Shown here piece by piece: positions 17,603 through 26,641 of a DNA stretch of 64,000 nt (the stretch's first letter is position 1; each line of letters begins with the position of its first letter). The translations under genes were made by a program, and so were the position numbers. The stretch spans positions 2,037-66,036 of the forward strand of contig JBBRCD010000007.1 of assembly GCA_038205245.1 (NCBI GenBank), read 5' to 3'. The notes below the pieces were generated by a model. It had not been told where the DNA came from. It made no database searches and saw nothing but the letters and a program-made list of their open reading frames with translations. The DNA is from Burkholderiales bacterium. GTDB taxonomy: Bacteria; Pseudomonadota; Gammaproteobacteria; Burkholderiales; CAIKXV01.

Positions 17603-17926
17603 TCAGTCGTCTTCTGCGGCTGGCTCGGGCCCATTGCCGCGCCGGACCTGCAGCTTTTCCTTGTGCTTGATCACCGAACGATCCAGCTTGTCGATCAGGG
17701 CGTCGATCGCTGCATACATGTTCTGGTCGTCGCTCTCGGCAAAGATATCCCTGCCGCGCACATGCACGTTGGCTTCCACCTTTTGCTGCAGTTTGTTCAC
17801 CGAAAGGATCACGTTCACGTCGATCACATGATCGAAGTGTCGCGTGATCCGCTCCAGTTTACTGTGTACATAGTCTCGAATTGCATCGGTAACTTCCACA
17901 TGGTGCCCGGTAACATGGATATTCAT
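17603..17926 (-). CDS. hpf: ribosome hibernation promoting factor
   Basis: 107 aa. MNIHVTGHHVEVTDAIRDYV ... short HPF/YhbH type, immediately downstream of rpoN. Confidence 0.92.
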   Translation of the reverse strand: MNIHVTGHHVEVTDAIRDYVHSKLERITRHFDHVIDVNVILSVNKLQQKVEANVHVRGRDIFAESDDQNMYAAIDALIDKLDRSVIKHKEKLQVRRGNGPEPAAEDD

Positions 17927-17973
17927 GCGTCCCCCCTATGGTCTACCGTGGTGCCGGTCTGCTGTGGTTGGAT

Positions 17974-19461
17974 CTAGATCGTTTTTCGCAGGTTGACCGG
18001 CAGGATATGCAGCGATTCGCGGTACTTCGCGATCGTACGCCTCGCGACGACGATGCCCTGTTGGCCGAGGATGTCGGCGATCTGACTGTCGGAGAGCGGC
18101 TTGCGGGTGTCTTCCGCGCCGACCAGCTGCCTGATCAGCGCCCTGATGGCGGTGGCAGAACAGGAGCCACCACTTTCGGTGGAGACATGGCTGCCGAAGA
18201 AGTACTTGAGCTCGAAGATGCCGCGCGGGGTCAGCATGAACTTCTGGGTGGTGACCCTTGAAACAGTCGACTCGTGCAGGTCGAGCACCTCGGCGATCTC
18301 GCGCAACACCAGGGGACGCATCGCCACCTCGCCATGCTCGAAGAACTGGCGCTGCCGGTCCACGATTGCCTGCGAGACTCGCTGGATCGTCTCGAACCGC
18401 TGCTGAACGTTCTTGATCAGCCATTTCGCTTCCTGCAGCTGGCTGGTCAGCTGGGTGTGCGAAGCGTCCCGGTTTCGGCGCAGGATGTCGGCATACATCC
18501 TGTTGATGCGCAGCCTGGGCATGGCGTCCGGGTTGAGCGAAGACAGCCAGAGGCCCTTGGTCTTCTTCACCACCACATCCGGAACGACATAGCGGGTATC
18601 GACGGTCGCGTACGGCGCGCCCGGTCTCGGGTTCAGTTTGCCGATCATCGCCTGTACGTTGCGCAGGCGCTCATCGTCGCAGCGAAGCGCGCGTTTCAGG
18701 CGCACGAAGTCGCGCGCGGCGAGGGCGTCAAGGTGGTCGCGCACCACGATCAGCGCTTCCGTCCTGCATGGCGTCGAGGGCGGCGTCGCCAGCAGTTGAA
18801 GGCCCAGGCATTCGCCCAGGGTGCGGGCACCGACGCCGGTCGGATCGAAGTGCTGGAGGTGCTTGAGTGCGATCTCCAGTTCTTCCATCTCGACGTTCGC
18901 CTCTTCCGGCAGGATAGACGCGATCTCGGCGAGATCCTGGGCCAGATAGCCGCCCTCGTCCAGCGCCTCGATAAGCAGTTCGATGATCACCTTGTCACGC
19001 TCGGGCAGGGGCGTCAGCGCCAGTTGCCCCAGCAGGTGCTCGCGCAGGGTGGGTGAACTGGCGACCTGCTGCGAGTAGTCGCTGTCATCGTCATTCTCGC
19101 GCGTGCCGTAGCTGCCTTCGTCGGACGACCAGTTCGAATCGGCGAGGCTGTCGAAGTCGAAGTTCTCGGTGCTCTCCGGCGCCTGATCGGTCGGCCGTTC
19201 GTCGCTCGCGCGCGTATCGACGTCGGTTTCGGCCAGCGCCGCGGCGGGCTGGTCGTTAGCCTGCATGCCGGCGGTCGGCGGCTCGCCAGCCGTGTCCCCG
19301 TCACCGTCATCCTCACGTTCGAGCAGCGGATTGTCCTGCAGAAAGCGCTCGAGTTCCTGATTCAGCTCCAGCGTCGACAGCTGCAGCAGCCGGATCGACT
19401 GCTGAAGCTGCGGGGTCAGCGTCAGATGCTGGGACAGCCGTAATTGAAGCGTGTTCTTCAT
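17974..19461 (-). CDS. rpoN: RNA polymerase sigma-54 factor
   Basis: 495 aa. N-terminal Gln/Leu-rich region I (LQLRLSQHLTLTPQLQQSIRLLQLS), acidic region II, and a C-terminal RpoN box (ARRTIAKYRESL). Confidence 0.97.
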   Translation of the reverse strand: MKNTLQLRLSQHLTLTPQLQQSIRLLQLSTLELNQELERFLQDNPLLEREDDGDGDTAGEPPTAGMQANDQPAAALAETDVDTRASDERPTDQAPESTENFDFDSLADSNWSSDEGSYGTRENDDDSDYSQQVASSPTLREHLLGQLALTPLPERDKVIIELLIEALDEGGYLAQDLAEIASILPEEANVEMEELEIALKHLQHFDPTGVGARTLGECLGLQLLATPPSTPCRTEALIVVRDHLDALAARDFVRLKRALRCDDERLRNVQAMIGKLNPRPGAPYATVDTRYVVPDVVVKKTKGLWLSSLNPDAMPRLRINRMYADILRRNRDASHTQLTSQLQEAKWLIKNVQQRFETIQRVSQAIVDRQRQFFEHGEVAMRPLVLREIAEVLDLHESTVSRVTTQKFMLTPRGIFELKYFFGSHVSTESGGSCSATAIRALIRQLVGAEDTRKPLSDSQIADILGQQGIVVARRTIAKYRESLHILPVNLRKTI

Positions 19462-19570
19462 CGCGGCCGTGCTGCAGGCGGGCGGGCGTCAGCGGAGTCG
19501 GGTAGGGCAGAGGATCGGAGGGGTCTCGGGGGCATGGGTGCGCTTGGTGCGGCCGCCACCGCGGGTCGGA

Positions 19571-20368
19571 CTACAGTCGGAAATGCTCCCCAAGGTAGAC
19601 CTTGCGAACATCCTCATTATAGACGATTTCCTCTGGCTTACCTGAGGCAAGCACAGTGCCGTCGCTGATGATGTAGGCCCGGTCACAGATACCCAGCGTC
19701 TCGCGCACGTTGTGGTCGGTGATCAGCACGCCGATATCTTTCCTGCGCAGCAGGCCGATGATGTTCTGGATATCGATCACCGCGATCGGGTCGACGCCGG
19801 CGAACGGCTCGTCCAGCAGGATGAATCGCGGTTCGGTGGCCAGCGCACGGGCGATTTCACAGCGGCGCCGCTCGCCGCCGGACAGGCTGACTGCCGGACT
19901 CGCCGCCAGATGGGCGATATGCAGTTCCTCGAGCAGTTCGGCAAGCCGGGTCTCGACGTCTGCTGGCGACAGGTCTCGCAACTGCAGGACTGCGCGCACA
20001 TTGTCTGCCACCGACAGGCGCCTGAAGATCGAGGCCTCCTGTGGCAGATAGGAAAGGCCGAGGCGGGCCCGCCGGTGGATCGGCAGACGGGTCAGACGCT
20101 CCCCGTCGATCCAGATGTCACCGGCATCCACTGCCACCAGACCGACGATCATGTAAAAGCAGGTGGTCTTGCCGGCACCGTTCGGACCGAGCAGCCCGAT
20201 CACTTCGCCACTGCCGACTTCCAGCGACACATCCTTTACCACCACCCGCGACTTGTAGCGCTTGCGTAGCCGCTCGACCCGCAGCGCGCTCACCCGGTCG
20301 GGCCGGCCGGCGACTGGCGCCGGGGCGGATGAGCGGGCGTCAGGGCCACCATCGGCATGCGTAATCAA
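19571..20368 (-). CDS. lptB: LPS export ABC transporter ATP-binding protein
   Basis: 265 aa. [20 protein letters not shown]. Conserved lptC-lptA-lptB-rpoN order. About 25 aa N-terminal extension relative to typical LptB, so the true start may be internal. Confidence 0.92.
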   Translation of the reverse strand: MITHADGGPDARSSAPAPVAGRPDRVSALRVERLRKRYKSRVVVKDVSLEVGSGEVIGLLGPNGAGKTTCFYMIVGLVAVDAGDIWIDGERLTRLPIHRRARLGLSYLPQEASIFRRLSVADNVRAVLQLRDLSPADVETRLAELLEELHIAHLAASPAVSLSGGERRRCEIARALATEPRFILLDEPFAGVDPIAVIDIQNIIGLLRRKDIGVLITDHNVRETLGICDRAYIISDGTVLASGKPEEIVYNEDVRKVYLGEHFRL

Positions 20369-21096
20369 TCGCGGGGGTTCGCGATCCCGGTCGACGGCTT
20401 GAGTGTTGCCCCCGGCGCGGACGGCTTGGGCTTGTCGGTCGTGGGCGATCCACCGGTCTCGGCGTCCTCACGCGCACGCGGCTGCAGCACGGCACGCACC
20501 CGGCCCTGAGGGTTGTTGCCGGTGGCTGCTGTCTTGCCACCGCCAACCGCCCGGAACACCTCGGAGTTCATCTCGTAGATCATGAAATCGCCGCGCACTT
20601 CATCGTTTCCGCGCACCAGGCGCGCCCGGGTGAAGAACTGCACGGTCTCTTTTCGCCCGTCGTACTCCAGCCGGTCCGCCCAGCCCTCGACGAACTCGTC
20701 CACGCCTTCGCGCTTCTGCCGGAAATACGCCTGCGCCTTGGCTGAACCGAACGATATGCCGAAGCTGAAGCCCTGCTTGTCCTGGCGCACCACGACCCGG
20801 TCGCCGCGGATGATCAGCGTGCCCTGGGTGATCTGCACATTGCCGGTGAATACGCTCTCCTGCTTCAGGTCGTCCACCTCGCCCCGGTCGGCCTCGATGT
20901 TTATCGGCTTGGTCCGATCCGCCTTCTCGGCGGCGGCCTGCGGAGCGGCAAGCGCGAGCGCGAGCAACAACAACGGTGCGAGTCCGGATGCCGCTGCCAT
21001 CAGACCGCGGCTGGCGCCAGCGACGCCTGCCCGAAACGACCGCGGGCGCTTTGAGTCCGGGGGATGGAAAAACTGCAGCAGGGGCGAAGGCAGCAT
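20365..21096 (-). CDS. lptA: LPS transport periplasmic protein LptA
   Basis: OstA-like ([40 protein letters not shown]). The signal peptide begins at the internal ATG 21000 ([24 protein letters not shown]), which may be the true start. Confidence 0.88.
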   Translation of the reverse strand: MLPSPLLQFFHPPDSKRPRSFRAGVAGASRGLMAAASGLAPLLLLALALAAPQAAAEKADRTKPINIEADRGEVDDLKQESVFTGNVQITQGTLIIRGDRVVVRQDKQGFSFGISFGSAKAQAYFRQKREGVDEFVEGWADRLEYDGRKETVQFFTRARLVRGNDEVRGDFMIYEMNSEVFRAVGGGKTAATGNNPQGRVRAVLQPRAREDAETGGSPTTDKPKPSAPGATLKPSTGIANPRD

Positions 21097-21100
21097 GGCG

Positions 21101-21124
21101 GGGTGAGGGTGAGGGTGAGGGTGA
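21101..21124. repeat. 6-bp tandem repeat GGGTGA x4
   Basis: Read directly in the lptC-lptA gap. Confidence 0.95.
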
Positions 21125-21171
21125 GGCAGGTCGAGGTTGGCGTAGTCGGACGGCGAACCCGGACAACGGGT

Positions 21172-21747
21172 CTACTGCGGACTCGGTTTCAAACTCGTAC
21201 GGACGTCGTGCAGCAGCGTCAGATGCTGCCGCCCATAGTCGAATTCTAGGCCAACCGCCTCGGTATTGGAGGTTGCGTTTCGGATGACCACCGGCTGGTC
21301 AGTCCGGGCAAGGCCCTTGTCCGGAATGACGAGCAGGCTGCTGGTGAGCAGGGTGAGTTCGCTCTGGTTGCCGCTTGCGGCCCGAGTGAGCCGGACATTG
21401 CCGGACATGAGTACCTCCTGGCCATCGCTGGACAGGCGGGCGCTATCGGACTCGGCACGCAAGTCCAGCCGTTTCTCGGAGAAGTGGGTCAGGCGGGGCT
21501 GGTCCAGATGGGTGCTGTCGTCGAAGACGAAGTGGGTCATCCGTCTGGCGCGCAGCGTGTGCTTGAGCAATCCGTCCAGGCCGGTCTGGTTGGCGACAAA
21601 ATTGTCCACGATGAAGTCCGGATCGTTTCGACCGTCGGTCGGGCTGCTGGGCGCGGTGCGCACGATCTGGTCCAGCCAGAGGGTAAGCGCCGCCAGGAGG
21701 GCCACGACGAACACAGGAAAGCCAAGCGCGAGCCGGTCGCTCAGCAT
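21172..21747 (-). CDS. lptC: LPS export system protein LptC
   Basis: 191 aa. N-terminal TM anchor, then an OstA-like fold. Conserved position between kdsC and lptA. Confidence 0.85.
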   Translation of the reverse strand: MLSDRLALGFPVFVVALLAALTLWLDQIVRTAPSSPTDGRNDPDFIVDNFVANQTGLDGLLKHTLRARRMTHFVFDDSTHLDQPRLTHFSEKRLDLRAESDSARLSSDGQEVLMSGNVRLTRAASGNQSELTLLTSSLLVIPDKGLARTDQPVVIRNATSNTEAVGLEFDYGRQHLTLLHDVRTSLKPSPQ

Positions 21748-22472
21748 GCACGTTCAGCTTGATCGAGCAGGTCGTGGCGACCCATCGCATGCAGCAGGCG
21801 GTCGCAAACCTCGCGCACCGCGCCCGCGCCCCCGTTGGCGCTGGTCACCGTATCTGCTTCCAGCTTCACAGCTGCCGGCGCGTGCGGAACGGTGATGGCG
21901 ATCGCACAGCGTCGCATCAGCGGCAGGTCGGCCAGGTCATCGCCCATGCAGAGCACCGAATCGAACCGCGCTGCGGTCGCGTGCGGTACACCGTCTGCGC
22001 TGCCCGGGACAGGTACCGAGGTTCGGGGCATTCCGGCCAGGATTGCCTCCAGCACTGGCAGCTTGTCGCTTACACCCTGAAACAGCCGGGTGACGCCGAG
22101 TTCGCGCGCGCGGGCGGTGACCACCGGCGAATCCCTCCCGGAAATCCATGCAACCTCGATGCCAGCGCGCGCAATCTGCTTGATGCCGTGACCGTCCAGC
22201 ACATGGAAAGTCTTGCTCTCGACCGCAGATGTCTTGCCCGAGGCCGCAAGCGTCAATCGGCCATCGGTCAAAACGCCATCGACATCGAACACGGCAAGAC
22301 GGATCGAGCGCCAGCGCTGCGCGAGCGGGATCGCGCCTTCATCCCGCCAGCGCAGCGCGAGCGGGATCGCGCTTCCCCCCGCGAGCGGGATCGCGCCCAC
22401 CCCCGCGAGCGGGATCGCGCCCACCCCCGCGAGCGGGATCGCGCCCACCCTCGCGAGCGGGATCGCGCTCAC
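21741..22472 (-). CDS. kdsC: 3-deoxy-D-manno-octulosonate 8-phosphate phosphatase with a repeat-encoded N-terminal extension
   Basis: HAD core starts at RLAVFDVDGVLTDG. The first ~55 codons are 24-bp repeats ((S/G)AIPLA(G/R)V)n. GTG start overlaps the kdsD stop (GTGA). Start uncertain. Confidence 0.85.
   Translation of the reverse strand: MSAIPLARVGAIPLAGVGAIPLAGVGAIPLAGGSAIPLALRWRDEGAIPLAQRWRSIRLAVFDVDGVLTDGRLTLAASGKTSAVESKTFHVLDGHGIKQIARAGIEVAWISGRDSPVVTARARELGVTRLFQGVSDKLPVLEAILAGMPRTSVPVPGSADGVPHATAARFDSVLCMGDDLADLPLMRRCAIAITVPHAPAAVKLEADTVTSANGGAGAVREVCDRLLHAMGRHDLLDQAERAC
22321..22468. repeat. 6 copies of a 16-bp core GCGAGCGGGATCGCGC; last 4 copies in 24-bp register
   Basis: Cores at 22321, 22357, 22381, 22405, 22429 and 22453. 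Linkers CCACCCCC or variants. Confidence 0.95.
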
Positions 22473-23551
22473 ACAACCCCAGCCGCGAACAGGTCATGCA
22501 TGTTCAGCGCACCGACCACCCGCTGCTCGCTGTCGAACACCGGCAACTGGCTGACCCGGTGACGTTCCATCATTTCGACGGCCTCGACTGCCAGCGCCTG
22601 CGCCCCGATGCTGCGTGGTGTCCTGTTCATCACGCCGTCGATCCGTACCGAGCGCAGATCGGCGACGCGGTCGATCAGCCGGCGCAAGTCGCCGTCGGTG
22701 AAAACGCCGAGCAACCGCAGTTCGGCATCGACCACCAGCGCGAGACCCATACCCTTCCGGCTGATCTCGACGATCACTTCGGACAGCACGGCGGTGGGCG
22801 CCACCAGAGGTAACGCGTCACCGGTGCGCATCACATCGGCGACATGGGTGAGCAGGCGCAGGCCTAGCTTGCCGCCCGGATGGGACCGGGCAAAGTCCTC
22901 CGGGCCGAACCCCCGCGCGTCCAGCAGGGCCACGGCCAGCGCGTCGCCAAAGGCCAGGGCAGCGGTGGTGCTGGCAGTCGGTGCCAGACCGAGCGGACAG
23001 GCCTCCACCGCAACGCTCGCGTCCAGCAGCGCATCGGCCTCGCGCGCAAGCGCCGAATCCGGGGCGCCGGTGATCACGATCAGCCGCGCCCCCTGGCGCT
23101 TGATGGTCGGCACGATGCGCAGCAGCTCCTCGGTCTCGCCCGAATAGGACAGGGCGATCAGTACGTCGTCCCGGGTGATCATGCCCAGATCGCCATGCAT
23201 CGCTTCGGCCGGATGCACGAAAAAGGCCGGGGTGCCGGTGCTCGCCATGGTCGAGGCGATCTTGCGCGCGATATGGCCCGACTTGCCGATACCGCTCACC
23301 ACCACCCGTCCGCGGCAGGCCAGCACGATGTCGAGTGCCAGCAGGAAGCGGTCATCCAGTCGTCCGGCCAGCGCGGACACCGCTGCGGCTTCGATCTCGA
23401 TCACCTGCCGTGCCAGCGCCAGCGCTCTGGGTGAAGCCCGCGCTGGCGCTGCGGATTTGACCCGTCCGTGCGCAGACGACACGGCTCCCACTGCGGCGAC
23501 GGGTCCAGCAGCGGACGATGCAGAAATGGGCGATGCGGCAGGCAGCGTCAT
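22469..23551 (-). CDS. kdsD: arabinose-5-phosphate isomerase
   Basis: SIS domain (VVVSGIGKSGHIARKIASTMASTGTPAFFVHPAEAMHGDLG) plus tandem CBS domains. ATG at 23551 chosen inside the 1060-aa ORF 22469..25651, whose upstream part is antisense to the CPA2 gene. Confidence 0.9.
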   Translation of the reverse strand: MTLPAASPISASSAAGPVAAVGAVSSAHGRVKSAAPARASPRALALARQVIEIEAAAVSALAGRLDDRFLLALDIVLACRGRVVVSGIGKSGHIARKIASTMASTGTPAFFVHPAEAMHGDLGMITRDDVLIALSYSGETEELLRIVPTIKRQGARLIVITGAPDSALAREADALLDASVAVEACPLGLAPTASTTAALAFGDALAVALLDARGFGPEDFARSHPGGKLGLRLLTHVADVMRTGDALPLVAPTAVLSEVIVEISRKGMGLALVVDAELRLLGVFTDGDLRRLIDRVADLRSVRIDGVMNRTPRSIGAQALAVEAVEMMERHRVSQLPVFDSEQRVVGALNMHDLFAAGVV

Positions 23552-23602
23552 CACCCGGCGATGGTACCATCCGACCACACTGGCCCGGGTACTGGCAGGC
23601 CG

Positions 23603-25594
23603 ATGGACAGCACTCTTCGATTCGTTGTGACCCTGCTTGCCGCCGCTGTCGTTGTGGTCGTGATCTGCCGTTCGGTCAAGCTGCCCCCGCTGCTGGGCTA
23701 CCTGCTGGTGGGCGTGGCGGTCGGCCCGAACGCGCTCGCGCTGGTGCCAGACACCGCTGCCGTACAACATCTGGCCGAGTTCGGCATCGTGTTCCTGATG
23801 TTCACCATCGGGCTCGAGTTCAGTCTGCCGCGGTTGGTTGCAATGCGGACCCTGGTTCTCGGGTTGGGCGGCGCGCAGGTCCTGGTTACCGTGCTTGCGG
23901 CCACGCTGATGGCTTTCGCGGTGGGCCTGAGCCCGATGTCGGCCAGCCCGATTTCCTGGCAGGCCTGCCTGGTGCTGGGCTGCGCGCTCGCCATGTCCTC
24001 GACTGCAATCCTGGCCAAGACCCTGTCCGAGCGTCTCGAGCTGAACTCCGAGCATGGGCGGCGGGTCATCGGCGTATTGCTGTTCCAGGACATTGCGGTG
24101 GTGCCTATGCTGGTGCTGATTCCTGCGCTGGCAGCGCCAGTCGGTGACCTGCCGGCCAACCTCGGGATCGCGCTCGCCAAGGTGACGATAACCCTGATCG
24201 TGCTGCTCAAGGTCGGACAGCCGCTGATGCGGCGCTGGTTCCACCTGGTCGCCCGCCAGAAGTCCCCCGAACTGTTCGTGCTCAACGTGCTGCTGATCAC
24301 GCTCGGGCTGGCCTATCTCACCGAGAGTATGGGCTTGTCGCTGGCGCTGGGCGCGTTCGTTGCCGGGGTCCTGATCTCGGAGACGGAGTACCGGTTCCAG
24401 GTCGAGGAGGACATCAAGCCGTTTCGCGACATCCTGCTCGGCCTGTTCTTCGTCACCATCGGCATGCTGGTCGATGTGGTCTGGATCGCGCAACACCTCG
24501 TGCTGGTGCTGGGGCTGTTGCTGGCGATACTCGCAGTGAAGGCGCTGGTGCTCCTTGGCCTGATGGCTGCGTGGCGCACCGATTCGAGCGTGGCACTTCG
24601 GGTGGCACTCGCCCTGGCCCCGTCCGGCGAGTTCGGCTTCGTGCTGCTCACCCTTGCGCTTGGCGTCGGCATCATCGAGCCGAGCCTGCTGCAGCCGGTG
24701 CTGGCGGCGATGGTGCTGTCGATGATCGCCGCGCCCTTCATCATCGAGCACAGTGAGCACCTGGTGCGCCGCTGGCGCGGCTCGGACTGGATGAGCCGCG
24801 CGATGCAGCTGACCCAGATCGCCTCGCAGACGTTGGTTGCCGACCGGCATGTGATCATCTGCGGCTACGGTCGCAGCGGGCAGAACCTGGCGCGCCTGCT
24901 GGAGGCGGAGAAGGTGCCGTTCTTCGCCCTCGACCTGGACCCGGCACGGGTGCGCGAGGCTGCAGCGGCGGGTGAGCGGGTGGTGTTCGGTGACGCGGCC
25001 AGACGCGAGGTGCTGCAGGCGGCGGGACTTTCGCGGGCACGCGCGCTGGTGGTCAGCTATGCGGATGTGCACTCGGCGCTGACCATCCTGCATGTCGCGC
25101 ATGAGTTGCGCCCGGACCTGCCGGTGATCGTGCGTACCCGGGACGACGCAGATATCGAGCGGCTGAAGGCGGCCGGCGCTGCCGAGGTGGTGGCCGAGAT
25201 CATGGAGGGCAGTCTGATGCTCGCCTCGCATGCGCTGATGGTGATCGGTGTGCCGCTGAACCGGGTGCTGCGCCGGATACGCTCGGCGCGTGAAGCGCGC
25301 TACGGCATGCTCCGCGGGTTCTTTCACGGCGCGAGCGATCAGACCACGGATGGCGCCGATGACGTGTTCCTGCACTCGGTGGCGCTGGTGCCGGGGGCAC
25401 GTGCGATCGGCCAGCGGCTGGGTGAACTGCACCTGGAGGCCCTGCAGGCCGAAGTCAGCGCTGTACGCAGGCACGGTGTGCGCGAACTCGACCCTGGCGC
25501 CGACACCGAACTGCGCGCCGGTGACATCATCGTTCTGCGCGGTGACGCGGTGGCGGTGGCTGCGGCCGAGATGCGCCTGCTGCAGGGGAACTGA
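23603..25594 (+). CDS. CPA2-family monovalent cation:proton antiporter with C-terminal RCK/TrkA domains (KefB/YbaL-like)
   Basis: 663 aa from ATG 23603. Polytopic Na/H-exchanger domain, then IICGYGRSGQNLARLL (Rossmann-type) and a TrkA-C-like tail. Confidence 0.88.
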   Translation: MDSTLRFVVTLLAAAVVVVVICRSVKLPPLLGYLLVGVAVGPNALALVPDTAAVQHLAEFGIVFLMFTIGLEFSLPRLVAMRTLVLGLGGAQVLVTVLAATLMAFAVGLSPMSASPISWQACLVLGCALAMSSTAILAKTLSERLELNSEHGRRVIGVLLFQDIAVVPMLVLIPALAAPVGDLPANLGIALAKVTITLIVLLKVGQPLMRRWFHLVARQKSPELFVLNVLLITLGLAYLTESMGLSLALGAFVAGVLISETEYRFQVEEDIKPFRDILLGLFFVTIGMLVDVVWIAQHLVLVLGLLLAILAVKALVLLGLMAAWRTDSSVALRVALALAPSGEFGFVLLTLALGVGIIEPSLLQPVLAAMVLSMIAAPFIIEHSEHLVRRWRGSDWMSRAMQLTQIASQTLVADRHVIICGYGRSGQNLARLLEAEKVPFFALDLDPARVREAAAAGERVVFGDAARREVLQAAGLSRARALVVSYADVHSALTILHVAHELRPDLPVIVRTRDDADIERLKAAGAAEVVAEIMEGSLMLASHALMVIGVPLNRVLRRIRSAREARYGMLRGFFHGASDQTTDGADDVFLHSVALVPGARAIGQRLGELHLEALQAEVSAVRRHGVRELDPGADTELRAGDIIVLRGDAVAVAAAEMRLLQGN

Positions 25595-25615
25595 TCCGGG
25601 CAGCCGGTCCGGCGA

Positions 25616-25702
25616 GGGGACAGACCTTGAGGGTCTGTCCCACAATTCCAAGGCGCGCGCCAGGTGACCGCGCCAGGGGACAGACCCTCATGGTCTGTCA
25701 CC
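25616..25702. repeat. two REP-like palindromes between convergent genes
   Basis: GGGGACAGACCTTGAGGGTCTGTCCC at 25616-25641 and the degenerate GGGGACAGACCCTCATGGTCTGTCACC at 25676-25702. Same family as 1350-1376. Confidence 0.9.
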
Positions 25703-25719
25703 GCTTTTGGCCGCCAACC

Positions 25720-26424
25720 TCAGAAGATCGTCGAGCCGCCGCACTGGGTCGACCCGTTGGTCGTGTTCCAGAGATTGGATGTGCTGTCAGTGCCGCAGGA
25801 AGGTGCTGCCGTACCGCCCACGGTCGGCGCACTGCCACTGTTGCCGGCATAGGGCGAGAAGCGGAACGACCCGGTAAATGGTCTGCCATCGTCGATCTTG
25901 CGATCGACTTCAGCGACGATCTCCACCGGAATCTGGGCGCCGGATTTCAGGTTATGACGGTTCGGTGGCGTTCCGCTGGGGTCGGCATAGGCATTGTCGA
26001 AGACGAGTTGCAGGAACACGTTGTACGGGTTGGTCGGCGTGGTGGTCAGCGACTCGGCCGGGCTGCAGGAGTAACTGCCGGTGAGGAAACCGGACTTCGA
26101 CAGGTGTTCCCAGGCCAGAATCGCCTCCAGTGAAGGCGTGGCATCGATGATGCCGTTGCCATTGCCGTTGCCGCCGGTGCAGGTGGTAGTCATGTTGGCG
26201 ATGTTCTGCACCGCCTGGCCGTAGTCACCCGGATAGGCGCGAAAGCGATCCTGAAAACCGAAGAAGGCCGCTTTCACCCCTTCCTGGGCCGAGATCAGGT
26301 TACGCACCCGGGCACTGGTGATCAGTTCCTGGCCCTTGAGCACCCCACCGAGCAGCAGGCCGATGATCACCAGCACGATGGCAATCTCGATCAGGGTGAA
26401 ACCGCGTTGATGGCTTCGTGTCAT
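25720..26424 (-). CDS. type IV pilin-like protein (candidate major pilin), prepilin N-terminal methylation domain
   Basis: MTRSHQRG/FTLIEIAIVLVIIGLLLGG: short basic leader, Gly-1, Phe+1, Glu+5, hydrophobic helix. Cys pairs in the C-terminal half. SD AGGAAA upstream of ATG 26424. The longer ORF start (26481) falls inside the promoter element. Confidence 0.88.
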   Translation of the reverse strand: MTRSHQRGFTLIEIAIVLVIIGLLLGGVLKGQELITSARVRNLISAQEGVKAAFFGFQDRFRAYPGDYGQAVQNIANMTTTCTGGNGNGNGIIDATPSLEAILAWEHLSKSGFLTGSYSCSPAESLTTTPTNPYNVFLQLVFDNAYADPSGTPPNRHNLKSGAQIPVEIVAEVDRKIDDGRPFTGSFRFSPYAGNSGSAPTVGGTAAPSCGTDSTSNLWNTTNGSTQCGGSTIF

Positions 26425-26477
26425 GGTTTCCTGGTTTCCTTCGCCCGAAGGCGCGCTGTCGCGATGACCACCCTCCC

Positions 26478-26492
26478 GCAATTCGCGTGCCG
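26478..26492 (-). promoter_or_regulatory. sigma54 (-24/-12) promoter of the pilin gene
   Basis: Minus strand reads C-GGCACG-CGAA-TTGC, against the consensus TGGCACG-N4-TTGC(A/T). The invariant GG and GC are at canonical spacing, and the -12 element ends 54 nt upstream of the ATG. Confidence 0.7.
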
Positions 26493-26533
26493 GGCAGCAC
26501 CGCGAACTTGGCAGACAGGCTCACCGAGCATGT

Positions 26534-26578
26534 GTGACATTGGTCACGCTTGCCAGCCTGAAAACAGGTGCTGGCAAG
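26534..26578. promoter_or_regulatory. two inverted repeats upstream of the sigma54 promoter (candidate activator-binding sites)
   Basis: GTGAC-ATTG-GTCAC at 26534-26547. CTTGCCAGC-N12-GCTGGCAAG (perfect 9-bp arms) at 26549-26578. Centres lie about 50-70 nt upstream of the -24 element. Confidence 0.35.
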
Positions 26579-26641
26579 GCGATTCTCGCCTGGCGGGCGC
26601 GTCGACTGGCTACCGACCGCCGAGTTCTCGGCGCTACTGCC

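Noticed and set aside
22321-22468. Regularly spaced direct repeats (here and at 14951-15103, 6698-6787 and 45146-45196) considered as possible CRISPR arrays.
   Set aside because: The repeats are contiguous or separated by only 8-20 nt of near-identical linker. There are no unique spacers of 25-40 nt and no cas genes in the window.
23552-25651. Upstream two-thirds of the 1060-aa ORF 22469..25651, which would extend KdsD by 700 residues.
   Set aside because: That part is antisense to the well-supported CPA2 antiporter gene and has no protein-like features. KdsD homology starts only after ATG 23551.
25595-25719. Mobile-element borders for the 25.7-45.1 kb accessory block (integrase, transposase, flanking direct repeats, tRNA-adjacent att site).
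   Set aside because: No integrase or transposase ORF exists anywhere in the window. The two edges (25595-25719 and 45069-45267) share no direct repeat that I could see, and the tRNA gene is 23 kb away. The island idea therefore rests only on gene content.
26425-26481. Longer starts offered by the ORF track for several genes: pilin (26481), secretin (41937), thiS (2725), pseudopilin (31266), GspK-like (32423), the periplasmic protein (33261), mlaC, mlaE, hisG and others.
   Set aside because: The extensions overlap a tRNA, a promoter element or upstream genes, and encode Arg-rich junk before an obvious signal peptide or prepilin leader. Internal starts with coupling overlaps or Shine-Dalgarno sequences fit better.
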